Below are positions 29,974 through 32,000 of a DNA stretch of 32,000 nt, piece by piece. How positions within the stretch are numbered: position 1 is the first letter of the stretch; each line of letters opens with the position of its first letter. This DNA comes from Copranaerobaculum intestinale (GTDB lineage: Bacteria > Bacillota_I > Bacilli_A > Erysipelotrichales > Erysipelotrichaceae), in assembly GCF_009831105.1 (NCBI RefSeq), contig NZ_WUUQ01000002.1, positions 450,001-482,000 of the forward strand. Direction: 5' to 3'. Made by a program: the position numbers and the translations under genes. The notes beneath the pieces are model-generated. The model was not told where the DNA came from. It searched no databases and saw nothing but the letters and a program-made list of their open reading frames with translations.

Positions 29974-30461
29974 GCCGCACAAAGCGCTGGATTCAGCTTG
30001 CGATGTTGAGTGCCTTAGCGATTCTGTTTCATATGATTGAAGCTATGATTCCGATTCCGCTGCCAATTCCCGGTTTTAAATTGGGGCTTGCCAATATCGT
30101 AGGACTGATCGCATTATATCGGTTTGACGGAAAGGCAATGCTTCTGGTAAATGTTCTGCGAGTGCTGATTGCATCGCTGCTCCGAGGCATTATCTTCGGC
30201 ACCCCCTTCTGGCTGTCGATAACCGGTGTGCTGTTAAGCAGCTTTTTGGCAATCTGGGCAAAAAAGCATACACCGCTCAGTGTATATGGTGTAAGCATGG
30301 TTGCGAGCGTTTTTCACTGCATTGGGCAGATGATTGCAGTGACGTTTATTTATCAGCAGTACCTGATGGGGGCCTTATTGCCGCTGCTCATGGTGCTTTC
30401 GATTCCAACCGGCATCCTGATCGGATATCTTGCTGATCAGGTACAAAGACGTATCGCATAG
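29970..30461 (+). CDS. Gx transporter family membrane protein (PF07456, formerly heptaprenyl diphosphate synthase component I)
   Basis: An ATGA overlap joins it to the preceding gene. It has about five TM helices and the block PGFKLGLANIVGL. Confidence 0.8.
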   Translation: MSRTKRWIQLAMLSALAILFHMIEAMIPIPLPIPGFKLGLANIVGLIALYRFDGKAMLLVNVLRVLIASLLRGIIFGTPFWLSITGVLLSSFLAIWAKKHTPLSVYGVSMVASVFHCIGQMIAVTFIYQQYLMGALLPLLMVLSIPTGILIGYLADQVQRRIA

Positions 30462-30478
30462 GGTAAGGAGAGATAACA

Positions 30479-30733
30479 ATGACAACATTCACATATAGAC
30501 CAAAGGGTGTATGTTCACAGGAAATGGTTTTTGAGATTGAGGACGACCGTATCATGAATGTTAAGATCGTGGGCGGATGCCAGGGGAATTTACTGGGAAT
30601 ATCAAATATTATTAAGGGAAAAACATTGGAAGAGGTAATTTCATCATTTGAAGGTGTTGAATGCGGAAGCAAGAAAACATCCTGTCCTGATCAGATTGCA
30701 AGAGCGCTGCGGCAGTACAAGCAGGGAGTTTAG
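30479..30733 (+). CDS. TSCPD-domain small protein (TIGR03905-like)
   Basis: 84 aa. It contains GGCQGNLLGIS and the literal TSCPDQIA motif. SD AAGGAGAG is present. Confidence 0.8.
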   Translation: MTTFTYRPKGVCSQEMVFEIEDDRIMNVKIVGGCQGNLLGISNIIKGKTLEEVISSFEGVECGSKKTSCPDQIARALRQYKQGV

Positions 30734-30779
30734 GATCGGGAAACGCTTGCCCATAAGGGGTAATGTATTAAAATGACTG

Positions 30780-30806
30780 AAAATAGGCCTTTTGGCCTAT
30801 TTTTTT
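30780..30806 (+). terminator. intrinsic terminator
   Basis: AAATAGGCC-TTTT-GGCCTATTT is followed by a T-run. Confidence 0.65.
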
Positions 30807-30827
30807 ATAAATGTAAGGAGGGAATGT

Positions 30828-32000
30828 ATGGAGAAGTTAAGATTTATTATGCAGTATGCGAAACCGCAGCAGAAGCGCTTGCTTACGATTTTTTTGTATG
30901 TGTTGTTGTATGCTGGTTTCATGCTGATTGCACCGCTGATTATCAGCTTTATGGTGGATTCCGCAATCAATGGTCTGCCGATTCAGTATGCCTGGCTGGA
31001 AACGGCAGTGCGATCAATCGGCGGCACAGCTTATCTGAGAGAAAATCTGTGGATCGGCGCTGTTATCATTTTCATCGTGTATGTTGTGATTGCGTTTGCA
31101 CTGTATAAGCGCGGTGTAGATTGCGGTATCATCGGCGAGACCTTTGCCAAGAATATTCGCGATGCGATGTATGACCACTTGCAGAAGCTGCCGTTTTCCT
31201 ACCATAAGTCGCGTGACAGCGGCGATCTGATCCAGCGAAGCACATCGGATATTGAACAGGTACGGCGTTTTTTAGGAACCCAGATATCGGAAATGATGTA
31301 TGCGATTCTGATCGTTTTGGTCGCCGCCTGCATCCTGTATTCGATTCATCCGAAGCTAATGCTGCTGTCGGTCATGGTCATGCCGTTTTTGGTGCTGGCA
31401 TCACTGCTGTTCTTCACCAAGGCCAAGCGGATATTTCTAAGCTGTGACTGGGCCGAGAGCGAAATGACAACAGTGCTGCAGGAAAATTTGAATGCAACCC
31501 GCGTCGTGAAAGCTTTTAACCGCGAGTTGTTTGAAATCGATAAGTTTGAAAAAGCAAATGAGAAGTTTCGTCAAAAGCTCTGTGAGCTGTTGAATGCTCT
31601 GGCGCTGTTTTGGGGCTCTACCGATTTTCTGTGTACCGGACAGATTTTGGTAATGATTTATTTTGGGATTCAGTTTGCCCAGCAGGGGACGCTCAGTGCC
31701 GGGAATTTCTTTGTTTTTCTGACCTATGAAGGCATGATTATCTGGCCGATGCGTCAGTTGGGCAGAATCATTGCCGATATGGGTAAGGTATCGGTAGCGA
31801 TAACCCGCATCAAAGAGGTGCTCGATGAACCGAGCGAGGATCTGACGACCGGGCTTACGCCTGAGGTAAAAGGCCATATTGAATTTAAACATGTAAGCTT
31901 TCAATATGAAGATGGGGATGCCCATACGCTTCATGATATTAATTTCTCGATCGAGCCGAAGCAAACCGTTGCGATCATGGGGCCGACCGGATCAGGAAAA
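30828..32000 (+). CDS. ABC exporter, fused permease/ATPase (type I exporter, MsbA/MdlB-like), 3' end outside window
   Basis: This gene is not in the ORF track because no stop codon is reached. The ATG at 30828 lies 6 nt after AGGAGG, and the frame stays open for 391 codons to the window end. The translation reads MEKLRFIMQYAKPQQKRLL..., has six TM helices, and then IEFKHVSFQY...VAIMGPTGSGK (Walker A) at the very end. Confidence 0.9.
   Translation, partial: MEKLRFIMQYAKPQQKRLLTIFLYVLLYAGFMLIAPLIISFMVDSAINGLPIQYAWLETAVRSIGGTAYLRENLWIGAVIIFIVYVVIAFALYKRGVDCGIIGETFAKNIRDAMYDHLQKLPFSYHKSRDSGDLIQRSTSDIEQVRRFLGTQISEMMYAILIVLVAACILYSIHPKLMLLSVMVMPFLVLASLLFFTKAKRIFLSCDWAESEMTTVLQENLNATRVVKAFNRELFEIDKFEKANEKFRQKLCELLNALALFWGSTDFLCTGQILVMIYFGIQFAQQGTLSAGNFFVFLTYEGMIIWPMRQLGRIIADMGKVSVAITRIKEVLDEPSEDLTTGLTPEVKGHIEFKHVSFQYEDGDAHTLHDINFSIEPKQTVAIMGPTGSGK

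Noticed and set aside
30747-30806. Promoter-like TTGCCC-N16-TAAAAT immediately followed by a terminator hairpin, which could be a leader attenuator for the ABC exporter
   Set aside because: The simpler explanation is that the hairpin is the terminator of the upstream NusG-II/Gx/TSCPD operon. I could find no alternative antiterminator pairing or leader peptide.
30773-31108. 111-aa plus-strand ORF, and the 175-aa minus-strand ORF at 31437-31964
   Set aside because: Both overlap the much longer open frame starting at 30828. That frame has a proper SD and encodes a recognisable ABC exporter through to its Walker A motif at the window edge.

Overview
This is a Firmicutes-type chromosomal segment interrupted by a complete Tn916-family conjugative transposon of about 18.0 kb carrying tet(M). 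Host genes lie on both flanks and look visibly GC-richer than the insert.

Left flank: the 3' end of an ABC ATPase gene, then a 751-aa UvrA-like double-ABC protein that lacks the UvrB-binding module, then adenosine deaminase on the minus strand. A pyrB-pyrK-pyrD-pyrF-pyrE operon follows, preceded by a leader that resembles a PyrR-type attenuator.

Tn916 spans about 8169-26200 and is inverted relative to the usual map, with int/xis at the left and orf24 at the right. It begins about 24 bp after the pyrE stop codon and ends about 15 bp before a strong intrinsic terminator. It therefore appears to sit between the pyr operon and its own terminator. All canonical modules are present in canonical order and size: int, xis, orf8, orf7, orf9, orf6, tet(M) with the orf12 leader/attenuator, orf13-orf24 and oriT. 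I see no extra cargo.

Right flank: an orphan lipoprotein gene plus glpK, then two tandem paralogous 140-aa lipoproteins with an FMN_bind-like C-terminal SGCT motif. Next comes a NusG-domain-II / Gx-transporter / TSCPD operon, then the 5' part of an ABC exporter gene that runs off the window. No rRNA, tRNA or CRISPR array was seen.

I do not see a clear-cut new multi-gene system. The best follow-up candidates are the lipoprotein/NusG-II/Gx/TSCPD cluster and the UvrA-like paralogue. Several RNA structures, mini-ORFs and non-ATG starts inside Tn916 are also visible directly in the sequence and worth checking.
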